Source: Poseidonia sp. (GTDB lineage Archaea > Thermoplasmatota > Poseidoniia > Poseidoniales > Poseidoniaceae). From it: a stretch of 64,000 bases of DNA. Shown here piece after piece: positions 46,101 to 55,211 of the stretch. The DNA lies in NCBI GenBank assembly GCA_022426155.1, contig JAKMEE010000039.1:24516-88515 (forward strand). The letters are read 5' to 3'. Position numbers and translations under genes: made by a program. The notes under the pieces were generated by a model that was not told the origin of the DNA, ran no database searches, and saw nothing but the letters and a program-made list of their open reading frames with translations. Each line of letters starts with the position of its first letter. Positions within the stretch are counted from its first letter, which is position 1.

Positions 46101-47211
46101 TGCTTGTCCTAACACACCGCTAGGCTCAGATATCGATTCTGCAGGTTGCGCCGATTCCCAATTGGATTCGGATGGCGATAGCATCTCGGATGACATTGAT
46201 GATTGTCCCACCACTGCACCTGGTCAAATTGTGAACGGTGTGGGTTGTTCTGCCGATGAACGTGACTCAGATAATGATGGCATTGACGATGCGGCTGATG
46301 TCTGCGACTACACTCCGGCAGGAGAAAATGCAGATGACAAAGGTTGCTCCGATTCTCAGAAAGATGACGATGGAGACTTGGTTTACAATGACATAGATTC
46401 TTGCCCAGGAACACCCAACGAGGCTCTTGTTGATGCGATTGGTTGTGCCGACAGCCAACTCGATAACGATAACGATGGCATTTCCAATGCCGCAGATACA
46501 TGCCCTGTCACCCCAGCTGGGGAGCAAGTTGACCCAGATGGATGCTCCGATTCCCAGAAAGACGAAGACATGGATGATATTTGGAACAGTCAAGATCTCT
46601 GTCCAGATACTCCAGTCACACAAACAGTGGATTCGGATGGTTGCTCCGATCAGCAAAAAGACGATGACAACGATGGAATCAAGAACCATCTTGATGATTG
46701 CCCGAACACCTCCACAGACGAACTCATCGATGCTACTGGCTGTGCTTTGAGTCAATTAGACAGTGATGGAGACGGCGTCTCTGATGCGGAAGATGCATTC
46801 AAATTTGATGCCAATGAGACCGCTGACACTGATGGTGATGGAGTGGCTGACCGCTGGGATGCTTATCCAGCTGATGCAACTCGTTCTGCGGCAGATGTCG
46901 AAGATTCTGGAAACGCAATGCTCTACCTCATTGTGACAATCGTTCTGCTCGCTCTTACTGGTGGGGCTGGATTTGTGTTTATGCGAAAAGATACAGATGC
47001 AAACATTTCACCGTTCATGGAAGTGTCTACCAACGATGCTGCTACCGATCAAAACATGGGTGAGAACTTTTCAAAGGAATTACCAACTCTCCAGGGTGCT
47101 GGCCCCCAGCAATGGGAAGAAAATGGCGTCCATTGGAGTCGGGATACGAACGACCAATTGTCATACTATGACGGTTCAACCGCCACTTGGGTCGCTTACA
47201 AAAATGATTGA
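43105..47211 (+). CDS. Large membrane-anchored surface protein: PPC-like domains plus extensive TSP3 repeats
   Basis: Signal peptide; LEPNDS..DEDFY PPC-like unit; about 12 tandem D.FP.D.TQW.D.DGDGYGDN repeats, then about 9 CP.TP...VD..GC...Q.D.D.DG repeats; C-terminal TM. Confidence 0.88.
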   Translation: MSSVSQDTSQSKSASFSIVLLMLISVLSAGLSTVQAVGPNQNDLGSGGDLPDNTTVNITNYIFSGSYSGSGELDYGDDNDIIRVALNANQGLSASLSFPSTTTFSNGTTVMNDFDLIFYDANLTYLGESWMNNPETLTTNNTQPHGGMVYIDIFRYDGAGTWNLTLNKFAVSNGSTGGNGTGGGGGSSVTNCSGNGTNAPDILEPNDSMTAATSASLLPLFCSGLSIDSTSDEDFYEIDMISGVTYYVNLTFTHSNGDIDGQWMDSSGTSLGLSGSLGSGTDNEAASYTATSNFTSYLRVYFYQFSTWTSPVYDIELSTNLPGGGQSMESVYVNIVNDTDAMLTFSGLTAGTTYGYNHTYGQVDLNESWTWATSTNGTFNATNTTHTMNISIQAAPAEGELLVFASLFDAVGVTLDTDYDELEFVMVEGSVTSSTTGEYFLTNLSIGTDYAVEWMVLDYVLFMNNVSSGSNVSDGINASLVDSNQSSFTATTSSESVQVTWTGPTTLNQHLFVVALHLNNTVIDYETSENITGDFFEDFYPQLPALLINGYSTSVNATTNYVSAEGMDLVVGDDYKYQYRVTDSGNANVAVSSMTSFTASAQNMSISMFNYTTPTSSGNYCLHVDLYSDVNVQLIGDTVCIMFTFDDDNDGVQNEYDLCPNTASGAFVDLDGCALSQKDTDGDGYNDAVDAFPYDATQYSDMDGDGYGDNATGNNPDAFPTDATQWSDADGDGYGDNASGNSPDAFPFDPTQWSDTDGDGYGDNASGNSPDAWPADSTQWADSDGDGFGDNPSGTNGDAFPTDSTQWADSDGDGYGDNPAGTTPDVFPNDATQWEDADQDGHGDNPSGYLGDHFPNDASQWSDTDGDGYGDNQAGTTPDAFPSDSTQWSDSDGDGYGDNAAGMNPDAFPTDATQWMDEDNDGFGDNANGNNGDQCLDTPNGEIVDENGCSASQLDEDLDGVSDANDACPGTPAGESVDTVGCSTSQEDSDNDGVMDAFDACPNTPLGSDIDSAGCADSQLDSDGDSISDDIDDCPTTAPGQIVNGVGCSADERDSDNDGIDDAADVCDYTPAGENADDKGCSDSQKDDDGDLVYNDIDSCPGTPNEALVDAIGCADSQLDNDNDGISNAADTCPVTPAGEQVDPDGCSDSQKDEDMDDIWNSQDLCPDTPVTQTVDSDGCSDQQKDDDNDGIKNHLDDCPNTSTDELIDATGCALSQLDSDGDGVSDAEDAFKFDANETADTDGDGVADRWDAYPADATRSAADVEDSGNAMLYLIVTIVLLALTGGAGFVFMRKDTDANISPFMEVSTNDAATDQNMGENFSKELPTLQGAGPQQWEENGVHWSRDTNDQLSYYDGSTATWVAYKND
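45130..46860 (+). repeat. Intragenic tandem coding repeats (~78-nt then ~99-nt periods) encoding TSP3-like Ca-binding units
   Basis: Recurrent GATGC(C/T)TTCCC...CAATGG...GA(C/T)GG(T/C)GA(C/T)GG blocks, degenerate at third codon positions. Confidence 0.8.
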
Positions 47212-47297
47212 AATCATTGTCTCATTGTGATTATACTCGATGCAAAATCGGGACCTTCTTAACAAGGTATGAAAAAGGGATTGGCGCAGCGTTAATC

Positions 47298-50054
47298 ATG
47301 GCAAAGAAGCAAACTGCTTTGTTAATCCTCAGCATTTTACTTTTTTCATATCCCACATACGCTCATACAACCAAGGAATCGGCCGCCGTAGAGCAATTTG
47401 GTGTAGTCTTTACTGAATTTACCATCGCAGATTCAAACGATGCTCTTTCGGACCCCAGAGATCTTGAATTTCACCCTGGGCGAGCAGATGAATTGTGGGT
47501 GGCCAATCGTGCAACAGATAGTATCACCATTATTTCCAATACAGGCATGGACAATCAATCATCACAGAATCGTCAAGATTCTCACCGAAACCACTTCCTT
47601 GAAGAAGTGAGCGCTATCGCTTTTGGGGCTTATCACCCTGAATTTGACTGGCAGTGGGGGTCGGCCCAAGAAACTGCCAATACCTATTGTGGGCAGGCAT
47701 CGCCAAACAATTTCATGGGTCCAACCCTTTGGCCATCCTCACTCTCTCATTTTGCTATGGAAAATCAAAACAATGCGCTCCTTGGCAGCCACATCGATAT
47801 GAATCATGAATCTCCATACGGTGTTGGGATCGCCCATGATTCAGATAATGCGTATTGGTACAATGATGGATATTACGGAGAGCTTGTCTATTACGATTTC
47901 CAAGAAGACCATGATACCGGACAAGATGACCATTCAGACGCCATTGTTCGTAGGTATTCAGAGGTTCAACTATCACATCAACTGGGAGTTCCTGGGCACA
48001 TGACTCTCGATAAGGACAGTGGAATTCTCTACATTGCTGATTCTGGAGCAGACCGACTTCTCTGGGTGAACACGGATGATTCAACCACCAGTACAGTCAA
48101 CATTATGAACGACGCTTCTCGTTTGGAACCCTTGCAAGAATATTCCCGCATGTCAGGTATCGAATGGGGCGTTTTAGCCACAGGTCTGAACATACCATCC
48201 GGTATTGCACTTGAGGGAGATACGCTCTTTGTATCTGAAAATGGAAATGGGAAGATTGTCGCCTATGAATTAGGGTCAGATGGGAAATCAATCACCGAAT
48301 TGGATTCAATCCAAACAAGTGCTTCTTCCATCATGGGCTTAGAAATTGGCCCTTCAGGGAATCTCTACTACGTCGATAACGGGCAGGACGAAGTTGTTCG
48401 CATTGACCCATCTTTTGATGAAGACGGAGATGGAGTCGGTGACTCGGTTGACAATTGTCCGTTCATAGCGAATTCAGATCAAGCAGACCATGAGATGGAT
48501 GGTGTCGGTGATGCATGCGATACAGATGATGACAACGACGGTATTGATGACATCACAGATGAGTGTGCCCAAGGAAATTCCACATGGATTTCAACAACTC
48601 TCACCGATCATGATGCGGATGGATGTGCAGATTCTATAGAAGATTGGGACGATGATAATGATGATGTTCCTGATGTCTTTGACCTTTGTCCCACTGGGGA
48701 TGTGTCCTGGACCGCATCATCGACAACTGATTATGACGAAGATGGATGCCAGGATGCTGTAGAAGATTTTGATGATGATAACGACCGAATCTGTGATGCT
48801 ACTCAGTCGAGCAGTGAATGGGCCTGCTCGATATCTTCTGCAGGACAGGATCTTTGCCCCACCAGCCCTCCCTCTTTCATGTCTTACATTGGAAATGATG
48901 TGGACCAGGATGGATGCGAAGATATCGGGGAAGACGACGATGATGACAATGACGGATTCAAGGACGATCTCGACACCTGCCCTCGAGCCTTTGGAACGAG
49001 TTTCCGTGGTGAACGATTGGGTTGCGATGATTTTGATGGTGACGGTTTTGCAGATACCATCGATGAATTTCCAACTGAATCAAGCCAATGGTCCGATGCT
49101 GATGAAGATGGGTTTGGTGATAATGCAAGCGGTGTCGAAGCCGATCAATGCACATCACTACCAGGAAGCTCGTATGAGGATCGTTTAGGCTGTCCTGACT
49201 CCGATGGTGACGGATGGTCGACTGCCGATGAGGATTGGACTGTCCAAGACGGTGCAGACGCATTCCCTCTGATTGCGAGTCAATATCTGGACCAAGATAA
49301 CGATAGTTTTGGCGATTCACTCGATGGATACCAAGGGGACGCTTGTCCAATTGATGAAGGATATTCATACGCGGACCGCTTTGGTTGTGTAGATTCTGAT
49401 GGGGATGGTTGGTCAGATTTGAACGATGCTTTCTCAGAGGATGCAACTCAACATTCGGATAGAGATTCAGACGGTTACGGAGATTCACCAGATGGTAATT
49501 CTACAGATTATTGCCCCGATGTATTTGGGTTATCCTCTATTGAACGCCTTGGGTGCCCTGATTCTGATGGCGATGGATGGGACAATTTCCTTGACAAATA
49601 CCCTGAAGATTCTCGTTTGTGGTCAGATGGTGATGAAGATGGATACGCTGACCAAGAAGGAACAAATCTCTCCGACGATTGCCCCAATGTTGCTGGGACT
49701 TCAAAGAAGGACCGTCTCGGTTGCTTGGACGATGATGGTGACGGTTGGTCGAATAAAGGCGATACCTTCCCCGCAGATATTAGTCGATATGAGGAGAGTC
49801 AAGGACTCAGTTCACTTCGTGTAATCATAACAATCAGCGCCTTGGTATTGATTGGTTCCCTGATAGTTGCTTTGCTCTTATTCCAAAGGAAAAAGCAAGC
49901 CCAAGTTAAGCAACCCATGCCATTCCATATTCCCAGTCCCGGACTCCCAATGACACCATCGTCCGGCCCCCCATTACCTCCTGAGGGTCTGCCTCCAGGT
50001 TGGACTCAGGAACAATGGGCATGGTACGGAGAAAATTATCTCAAACAACGTTGA
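47298..50054 (+). CDS. Secreted beta-propeller (NHL-like) plus TSP3 repeat protein with C-terminal TM and Pro/Trp tail
   Basis: Signal MAKKQ...; PRDLEFHP, PSGIAL; DxDGDG repeats; tail GPPLPPEGLPPGWTQEQWAWYG. Confidence 0.85.
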   Translation: MAKKQTALLILSILLFSYPTYAHTTKESAAVEQFGVVFTEFTIADSNDALSDPRDLEFHPGRADELWVANRATDSITIISNTGMDNQSSQNRQDSHRNHFLEEVSAIAFGAYHPEFDWQWGSAQETANTYCGQASPNNFMGPTLWPSSLSHFAMENQNNALLGSHIDMNHESPYGVGIAHDSDNAYWYNDGYYGELVYYDFQEDHDTGQDDHSDAIVRRYSEVQLSHQLGVPGHMTLDKDSGILYIADSGADRLLWVNTDDSTTSTVNIMNDASRLEPLQEYSRMSGIEWGVLATGLNIPSGIALEGDTLFVSENGNGKIVAYELGSDGKSITELDSIQTSASSIMGLEIGPSGNLYYVDNGQDEVVRIDPSFDEDGDGVGDSVDNCPFIANSDQADHEMDGVGDACDTDDDNDGIDDITDECAQGNSTWISTTLTDHDADGCADSIEDWDDDNDDVPDVFDLCPTGDVSWTASSTTDYDEDGCQDAVEDFDDDNDRICDATQSSSEWACSISSAGQDLCPTSPPSFMSYIGNDVDQDGCEDIGEDDDDDNDGFKDDLDTCPRAFGTSFRGERLGCDDFDGDGFADTIDEFPTESSQWSDADEDGFGDNASGVEADQCTSLPGSSYEDRLGCPDSDGDGWSTADEDWTVQDGADAFPLIASQYLDQDNDSFGDSLDGYQGDACPIDEGYSYADRFGCVDSDGDGWSDLNDAFSEDATQHSDRDSDGYGDSPDGNSTDYCPDVFGLSSIERLGCPDSDGDGWDNFLDKYPEDSRLWSDGDEDGYADQEGTNLSDDCPNVAGTSKKDRLGCLDDDGDGWSNKGDTFPADISRYEESQGLSSLRVIITISALVLIGSLIVALLLFQRKKQAQVKQPMPFHIPSPGLPMTPSSGPPLPPEGLPPGWTQEQWAWYGENYLKQR

Positions 50055-50148
50055 AACAGAGGATGGGTTCATCAGAAACACTCTGTTGAAATAACAACGA
50101 AGGCTCTTCAATTAGTGGCCACGGTTCTGCGTGCAGAAGAGCTTTCGA

Positions 50149-51315
50149 TCACGTGAGGACCTCAAGCAATCGGTCTTGCTCAACAGCCATTCGTAATTCC
50201 ATTGCAATTCGCCTTCCGCTTGACATTGGTTTGCGCCAAGTTGCGTTGCCGTATGGATGGCCAACACTGACGTGAACATTTGTACCTCCACCGAGACGAG
50301 GAGCGACATCATAGATGTAATAATTCATGTCTTTGTCAATGCAGGTCTGTAAGCAAAATGGTCCAATGATACCAGGGTCGTAATGCTCCTTACTTGCTTC
50401 AATGAATTTTTCACCCAATTCGAAGGCTTTTTCCAACAAGGATTCCCGAATTGTTGCCGTGTTATGTCCTACAACCGTCATCTCAGGAATTTGTTGATGC
50501 AGAGGCATCGTCATTTGCTGAGGTGCAGGCAGTCGTACATGTCCGTCGAGTGAAGATTCGAATCGCCAATCTACGCCGAGAAGTTCCAGACGTTCACCTT
50601 CTTCGGCTAGCGGGCTATAAAAAAAGTTCAGATTGAAGACAGGGCCGATGACATAGCGTTCAATTCGTGCGCCATCAAGAGATGCTTGGTCAATGACGCC
50701 CTCAGCCAATAATGCAGCAGATTTTTCTTGGTATTCTTTGTAAGAGGCGCATGTGAAAAACCCTCGCTCGAGTTTCTTCTGGGCATGATGGAGTTTGACG
50801 ATTACCAAGCAGTCAATATCCTCTGGGTGCGGGATGGATTCGGGATAGGGAAGGCCCGCTTTTTCAAGAATCCAGTAGTAATCTTGCTCCTCAGTGCGCT
50901 CTTCCATTCGAAGCATGTTGCGCGAACCAAAGAGTGGCACATGGAAATTCTCTTCAATATCAGAGATGCTTGAATAGGATGTGAATGATCGATTGGGAAT
51001 ATAAATCACGTTTCGCTTTCTCATTTCAGCTTGGAGATCGTTGTCCATCACATCATTGAAGTCATCAAGAACGATTGCTTTGTCGACCATGCCACGAACG
51101 ACACGGCCTGAAGAATTCCGATGTGTTTTGAAGTAATTTCCATAGGTTTTGTGACGTCCTTCTTTGCAATACGCTACAGTTGGAAACCCTTCTTCAATGG
51201 CTCCATCACATATGTCAAGAGCAGAATGAGAGGCGGTCATGCCTATTCTCAATTTCAGCCGGTCATATTCTTCCACAATAGCGGCAATCTCGTCCCGTTG
51301 AAGCATGGCTGTCAC
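50149..51315 (-). CDS. purP: PurP, formate-dependent FAICAR synthetase (ATP-grasp)
   Basis: ASHSALDICDGAIEEGF, IPNRSF, GHNTATIRESLL, PGIIGPFCLQ, DVAPRLGGGTN, MSSGRRIAMEL. Confidence 0.93.
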   Translation of the reverse strand: MTAMLQRDEIAAIVEEYDRLKLRIGMTASHSALDICDGAIEEGFPTVAYCKEGRHKTYGNYFKTHRNSSGRVVRGMVDKAIVLDDFNDVMDNDLQAEMRKRNVIYIPNRSFTSYSSISDIEENFHVPLFGSRNMLRMEERTEEQDYYWILEKAGLPYPESIPHPEDIDCLVIVKLHHAQKKLERGFFTCASYKEYQEKSAALLAEGVIDQASLDGARIERYVIGPVFNLNFFYSPLAEEGERLELLGVDWRFESSLDGHVRLPAPQQMTMPLHQQIPEMTVVGHNTATIRESLLEKAFELGEKFIEASKEHYDPGIIGPFCLQTCIDKDMNYYIYDVAPRLGGGTNVHVSVGHPYGNATWRKPMSSGRRIAMELRMAVEQDRLLEVLT

Positions 51316-51369
51316 TTCCTCAACTGCTACGTGTCAAAGGGGGTCTTTGATGTGTTCGCAGGCTGAGAT

Positions 51370-52245
51370 TCAATCAAATCGTTGAAGTTGCATCAATTCA
51401 TCGGTACTCAAGGTGTCACCCGACAACAATTTCGCCATGAGGTCTTGAGTTTCGTTTGATGCTGTTGGACGCTGTCCTTCACCTGCACTTGCTCCTCGCA
51501 TTGCACGAAGAATGTCTTGGGTAGAATGGAGGCAGCGGAGAGATACGATGTACAAGCTGTGTTCTTTGTCAGCCTCTTTCTTAGAGTGACGGAGTTTTCG
51601 GTGAGATGCCTCTGCTTTCTCGCGTTGACGTTCAACTTCTGAATTCCATTCGATCATTAAATCGTGGGCACTCTGTGCAGCATCTGCGGCTTCCTTGACT
51701 GCGTTGTGGGCAGCTTCTTGTGTGGCAGCAGCAACCCGGAGAGATTCATTGCCCTCAGTTTCACCACTATCGGTCTGTAATTCCTTGAGTTTCTTTCGCT
51801 TGGAACTCAATTCCTTCATTTTCTTAAAATATTTCACTTCGTTCTTACCTTGATGTTTGCCTTGTTCAAATTCCCGTTCCAAGCGTTCCATGGTGCGAGT
51901 AAGTGATTGGACAGTATCGGGGCGAATCGGACGGCCACGCTTATCAAATTCTTGTGGGCGGTCTGGTTGAGTTCCTCGAATGGCCTCTTTTGCCTCACGT
52001 ACAGCTTGATTAGCACCATCTCGTTCTTTCTTTTTCATGCGAACCATTTCGTTCATTTGGTCGCGTAATTCACGTTGTTCTTTCACTTGAACAATGAGTT
52101 CACGTACTTCGTTATTGAGTTCGTTTCGGGTGGTAGTGAATTCTTTGGTCTTCTCATTCCAATCATCTCGAACTTCGCGGTGAAGGGTTGCTTTCTTGTC
52201 AACCATTTTTCGTCGTTCTTCAAGAAGATTTTTGAGTTCTGCCAT
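51370..52245 (-). CDS. Archaeal COG1340-type coiled-coil protein
   Basis: Repeated R(N/D)ELN heptads (RDDWNEK, RNELNNE, RDQMNEM); C-terminal KLLSGDTLSTDELMQLQ; GGTGA RBS. Confidence 0.8.
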   Translation of the reverse strand: MAELKNLLEERRKMVDKKATLHREVRDDWNEKTKEFTTTRNELNNEVRELIVQVKEQRELRDQMNEMVRMKKKERDGANQAVREAKEAIRGTQPDRPQEFDKRGRPIRPDTVQSLTRTMERLEREFEQGKHQGKNEVKYFKKMKELSSKRKKLKELQTDSGETEGNESLRVAAATQEAAHNAVKEAADAAQSAHDLMIEWNSEVERQREKAEASHRKLRHSKKEADKEHSLYIVSLRCLHSTQDILRAMRGASAGEGQRPTASNETQDLMAKLLSGDTLSTDELMQLQRFD

Positions 52246-52341
52246 GCTTCATCTCACCTGTTCGCGGAAGATTCCCATCTTCCCGCAGACAAGGCGACCT
52301 TCCACCTCCATTTAACCCTTCACGGAAACCTTGACGGAGCC

Positions 52342-52710
52342 TTAGTTGGACCGTTCCATGTTGTGGAGGTTCTGCACACACTCGTCCAATGCTTGACGAA
52401 TGTGCCCTAGGTTCGCTCTAGCGCTGCAATGAACGAGGAAATGCAATCGTTTTCCTCGCTGAAGAATAATTGTTCCACCTTCCATGACTAAGGTGATTCG
52501 TTCTTCACCGTCCATTTCCTTTAGGGCCTGAACCCACCGTTGCATCTGGGGGGTTTCATTTGTTTGATCTTCTGAACTTCGGAACACGACAAAGCCATCG
52601 GGTTCAAACAGCGTGGTCGATTGAACCCCTTCTACTTGGGTCACAGGTGACACCAAGCGTTCTAACATGATACCAATGGGAGGCCGAAAGCGAATAATGC
52701 TTCTTCTCAT
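52342..52710 (-). CDS. Roadblock/LC7 (MglB-like) domain protein
   Basis: VEGVQSTTLFEPDGFVV and ANLGHIRQAL pattern. Alternative start MLERL at 52668. Confidence 0.65.
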   Translation of the reverse strand: MRRSIIRFRPPIGIMLERLVSPVTQVEGVQSTTLFEPDGFVVFRSSEDQTNETPQMQRWVQALKEMDGEERITLVMEGGTIILQRGKRLHFLVHCSARANLGHIRQALDECVQNLHNMERSN

Positions 52711-53186
52711 GGATTGAGCGGACCACGCATCATGTATCCCAGTCCACTTTGGTAATATCCAACCAATTCCTGACGAACAGTTAACCCTCGAAGTTTGTAA
52801 AATCGCTGGGCTCCAGTATTGTTGGCTTTGACTTCGAGTTGTACTTCATGATATCCAGATTCTGATGCTATTTGACGAAAGCGTTCCCATGCAATGTTGC
52901 CAAGCCCCTTGCTTTGATGTGTTTCACAAATCACAAAGGCAGCAACTCGAACAATGGTGTCTTTGAAAGGTGTGGCCCAAAGTACCCCTTGAATTGGTTG
53001 GGGAGAGGGTTGGTCCAGATCGATAAGGATCAAATTCGCATCCCAGGCAGGGATGGGGAGGTGTCGTATTGATACATCAGAATAGATCTCACCTGTTTCA
53101 GCCAGGAACAGTTCAATGATTTGGGTTGCTCCATCTTCAGTCAGTCGTTTCGGTTCAGGTCCCGGGACCCATTCAAGACGAGGCAT
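52707..53186 (-). CDS. GNAT (RimI-like) N-acetyltransferase
   Basis: HQSKGLG motif A, LEVKANNTGAQRFY..RG motif B, GYY. Confidence 0.88.
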   Translation of the reverse strand: MPRLEWVPGPEPKRLTEDGATQIIELFLAETGEIYSDVSIRHLPIPAWDANLILIDLDQPSPQPIQGVLWATPFKDTIVRVAAFVICETHQSKGLGNIAWERFRQIASESGYHEVQLEVKANNTGAQRFYKLRGLTVRQELVGYYQSGLGYMMRGPLNP

Positions 53187-53189
53187 TGT

Positions 53190-55211
53190 TCATTCCTTCC
53201 TTGAACGGCGACTGCTTCCTTTGGCAGTTCCACGGCGAACGTTCGTATTGCGTTTTTTACGCTTTTTCCCCGAACGCTCTTCAATTTTAACTTCTTTTTC
53301 AAGATTCATTCCTAGGAGGCCGCCATTGTTCAGCAAGGCATTGAGTTCTTCCATAGAGACCGATTCACCCGTTGACATCTTCTGCTTTACCATGCTTGCA
53401 TCAGGTCCCTTTGATTTTCTTTTGGCCTGTTTTGCCCGTGGCTTATTGGGCCGACTGCCTCCATCCTTGATTCGGATGAAGGCTTCGATGCGTCCCCGTT
53501 CCCTTCGAAGGGTTCTGCGGCGTTTGATTAGCCGTTTCATGGAATTGCTGTTTTTACGATTCATGCGATTCAATTGCTTGACTTCCTTGTGGAGGTCTGC
53601 ATCAATTTGCTTTGAAGTCAAGTATGTTTGATGAGCTTTTAATGCTGAAGGTTGCATGGCTTTGAGTTCAAAAAATGAGCCGAACAATTCGCGTTCACGA
53701 TTCAAATTATGGACGTTCATGACATCCAATTCCTCAGTAATGCGTTCAAAGATGGTTCTCATTTGATGTTGAATACGGGAATGTGAAAGGATGTTGATTT
53801 CATTGATTTCGTCGACTTTGTTACGCATGGCCGTAAATTCTGAAACACTGTTTTCAAATCTCTCCTTGATTTCCACATAGTCAGGAATCGTGATGTCAGG
53901 TTTGGTTCTTTCTTGACGAAGGCCAAATTTAACCAATTTTGCCAATTCTGTGCGTCGTTGTTTAGCTTCCGTATGTTCGACATCAACTTTGACTAATTCT
54001 GATTCGATCTCAGTCATTTGGTTTCTTAACACTTCCATACTCAATGTTCGAAGGTCTGCAAAGAGGTCAAAGCGTTCAAATCGGGTTGTTTGAGGGCCAA
54101 TTGGTTCGCATACCTGCTCCCAAGACAGTCCTTGTGATAGGAGTTTCTGGGCCCGATAAATCTCCTCTCGGATGTCGAAGTACCCTTCAGGCCTCAAAAC
54201 GCGGCTGAGATCGTGACTGTGTTGAAATGGGTCTTCGATTGGCATTGAATGGTCGCCGAGTCGTTGATTCAATTCTTCTGGGACCATGTCCCAAGCGATA
54301 GGTTCTCCATGCGGCCATCGTTTGATTTCACGGCCAATGTACCCTCCATGCTTTACTGAACACACTCCCTCATCAAAGGACCAATCATTGGCAAGGTGGT
54401 CAAAGATCCCTAACACGGCTTCTGCCAATGTCATCGATGGATTGGCGGGAACAAATGTTTGGCCTTTTTTGAATCCAACATTGTAACTCTGATCAAGTTG
54501 GATGATGGATTTAGGTGCATTTTCTTGAAGATTTAACAAGGCAATGTTTGGGTTTGCTTGGAGGATTGCCAACGCTATGAGTGTCCATGCGTACGAGGAG
54601 AGCGTCCCGTTGGGTGCTTCATTGATGCTCCTGGATGAAGCCCAATGTTTGACAGCAAGGACGGTCTCCTTCACCAAAGGATGTAACTCAGCATATTCTT
54701 TAATCAAATCAGTGTTGTAAATTGCCAACTCATTGTTCACTGAGATATCAATGGGCAATCCCGATGGTCCGTCTTTGAATTTGACGATTGGAACCTTGGC
54801 TCGGCCGATGACTTCGATGTCTTTCATCCCCATTTGCTTCAAGACATTTCGAATTTTGTTGAGGAGGCGTCGAGGGGATTGTTGCTTGACCACGATGCAA
54901 AGGTCGAGGTCTCCAGCGCCCAAGGATGTCCCAGATTCCGTTGAACCGAAAGCATGCAATTGGCTTCCTTCAAACTCAAATTCAATACGTTTCTTGAGTT
55001 GTCGGAAGACAGCCTTTCGATGTGTCAATTCCTCAGAACTCATGGTCGCCTGTTGAAGACTGGCCTGAATTTCTGTTCCGAGACGCGGCAAATCTGGGTG
55101 GTTGAGAGCATGCAATGTGTCAACCTCTTGAGTGAGCAAAGCATGAAGGTGAGACCACCTCTCTTGTTGATCTTTTGAGAATCCAGAGACTGGGCAAATT
55201 TCCTCTGTCAT
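53190..55211 (-). CDS. Cid1/TUT/Trf4-family non-canonical RNA nucleotidyltransferase (NTase + PAP-associated domain) fused to a COG1340-like coiled coil
   Basis: FGS-x9-GDLDL, AKVPIVKF, IDISVNN..AIYNT.LI, VKHWA..R.IN....GTLSSYAW.L, IEDPFQHSHDLSR; C-terminal KMSTGESVSMEELNAL. Confidence 0.85.
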   Translation of the reverse strand: MTEEICPVSGFSKDQQERWSHLHALLTQEVDTLHALNHPDLPRLGTEIQASLQQATMSSEELTHRKAVFRQLKKRIEFEFEGSQLHAFGSTESGTSLGAGDLDLCIVVKQQSPRRLLNKIRNVLKQMGMKDIEVIGRAKVPIVKFKDGPSGLPIDISVNNELAIYNTDLIKEYAELHPLVKETVLAVKHWASSRSINEAPNGTLSSYAWTLIALAILQANPNIALLNLQENAPKSIIQLDQSYNVGFKKGQTFVPANPSMTLAEAVLGIFDHLANDWSFDEGVCSVKHGGYIGREIKRWPHGEPIAWDMVPEELNQRLGDHSMPIEDPFQHSHDLSRVLRPEGYFDIREEIYRAQKLLSQGLSWEQVCEPIGPQTTRFERFDLFADLRTLSMEVLRNQMTEIESELVKVDVEHTEAKQRRTELAKLVKFGLRQERTKPDITIPDYVEIKERFENSVSEFTAMRNKVDEINEINILSHSRIQHQMRTIFERITEELDVMNVHNLNRERELFGSFFELKAMQPSALKAHQTYLTSKQIDADLHKEVKQLNRMNRKNSNSMKRLIKRRRTLRRERGRIEAFIRIKDGGSRPNKPRAKQAKRKSKGPDASMVKQKMSTGESVSMEELNALLNNGGLLGMNLEKEVKIEERSGKKRKKRNTNVRRGTAKGSSRRSRKE

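Noticed and set aside
45130-46860. Regular ~78-nt and ~99-nt repeats that could be mistaken for a CRISPR array
   Set aside because: They are in-frame, third-position-degenerate coding repeats of a TSP3 protein, with no identical direct repeats, unique spacers or cas genes.
53190-55211. Interpretation as a CBASS CD-NTase, MNT antitoxin or CCA-adding enzyme
   Set aside because: The VPIVKF, KHWA, GTLSSY and IEDPF motifs are characteristic of the Cid1/Trf4/TUT clade; no Cap effectors or HEPN partner are adjacent.
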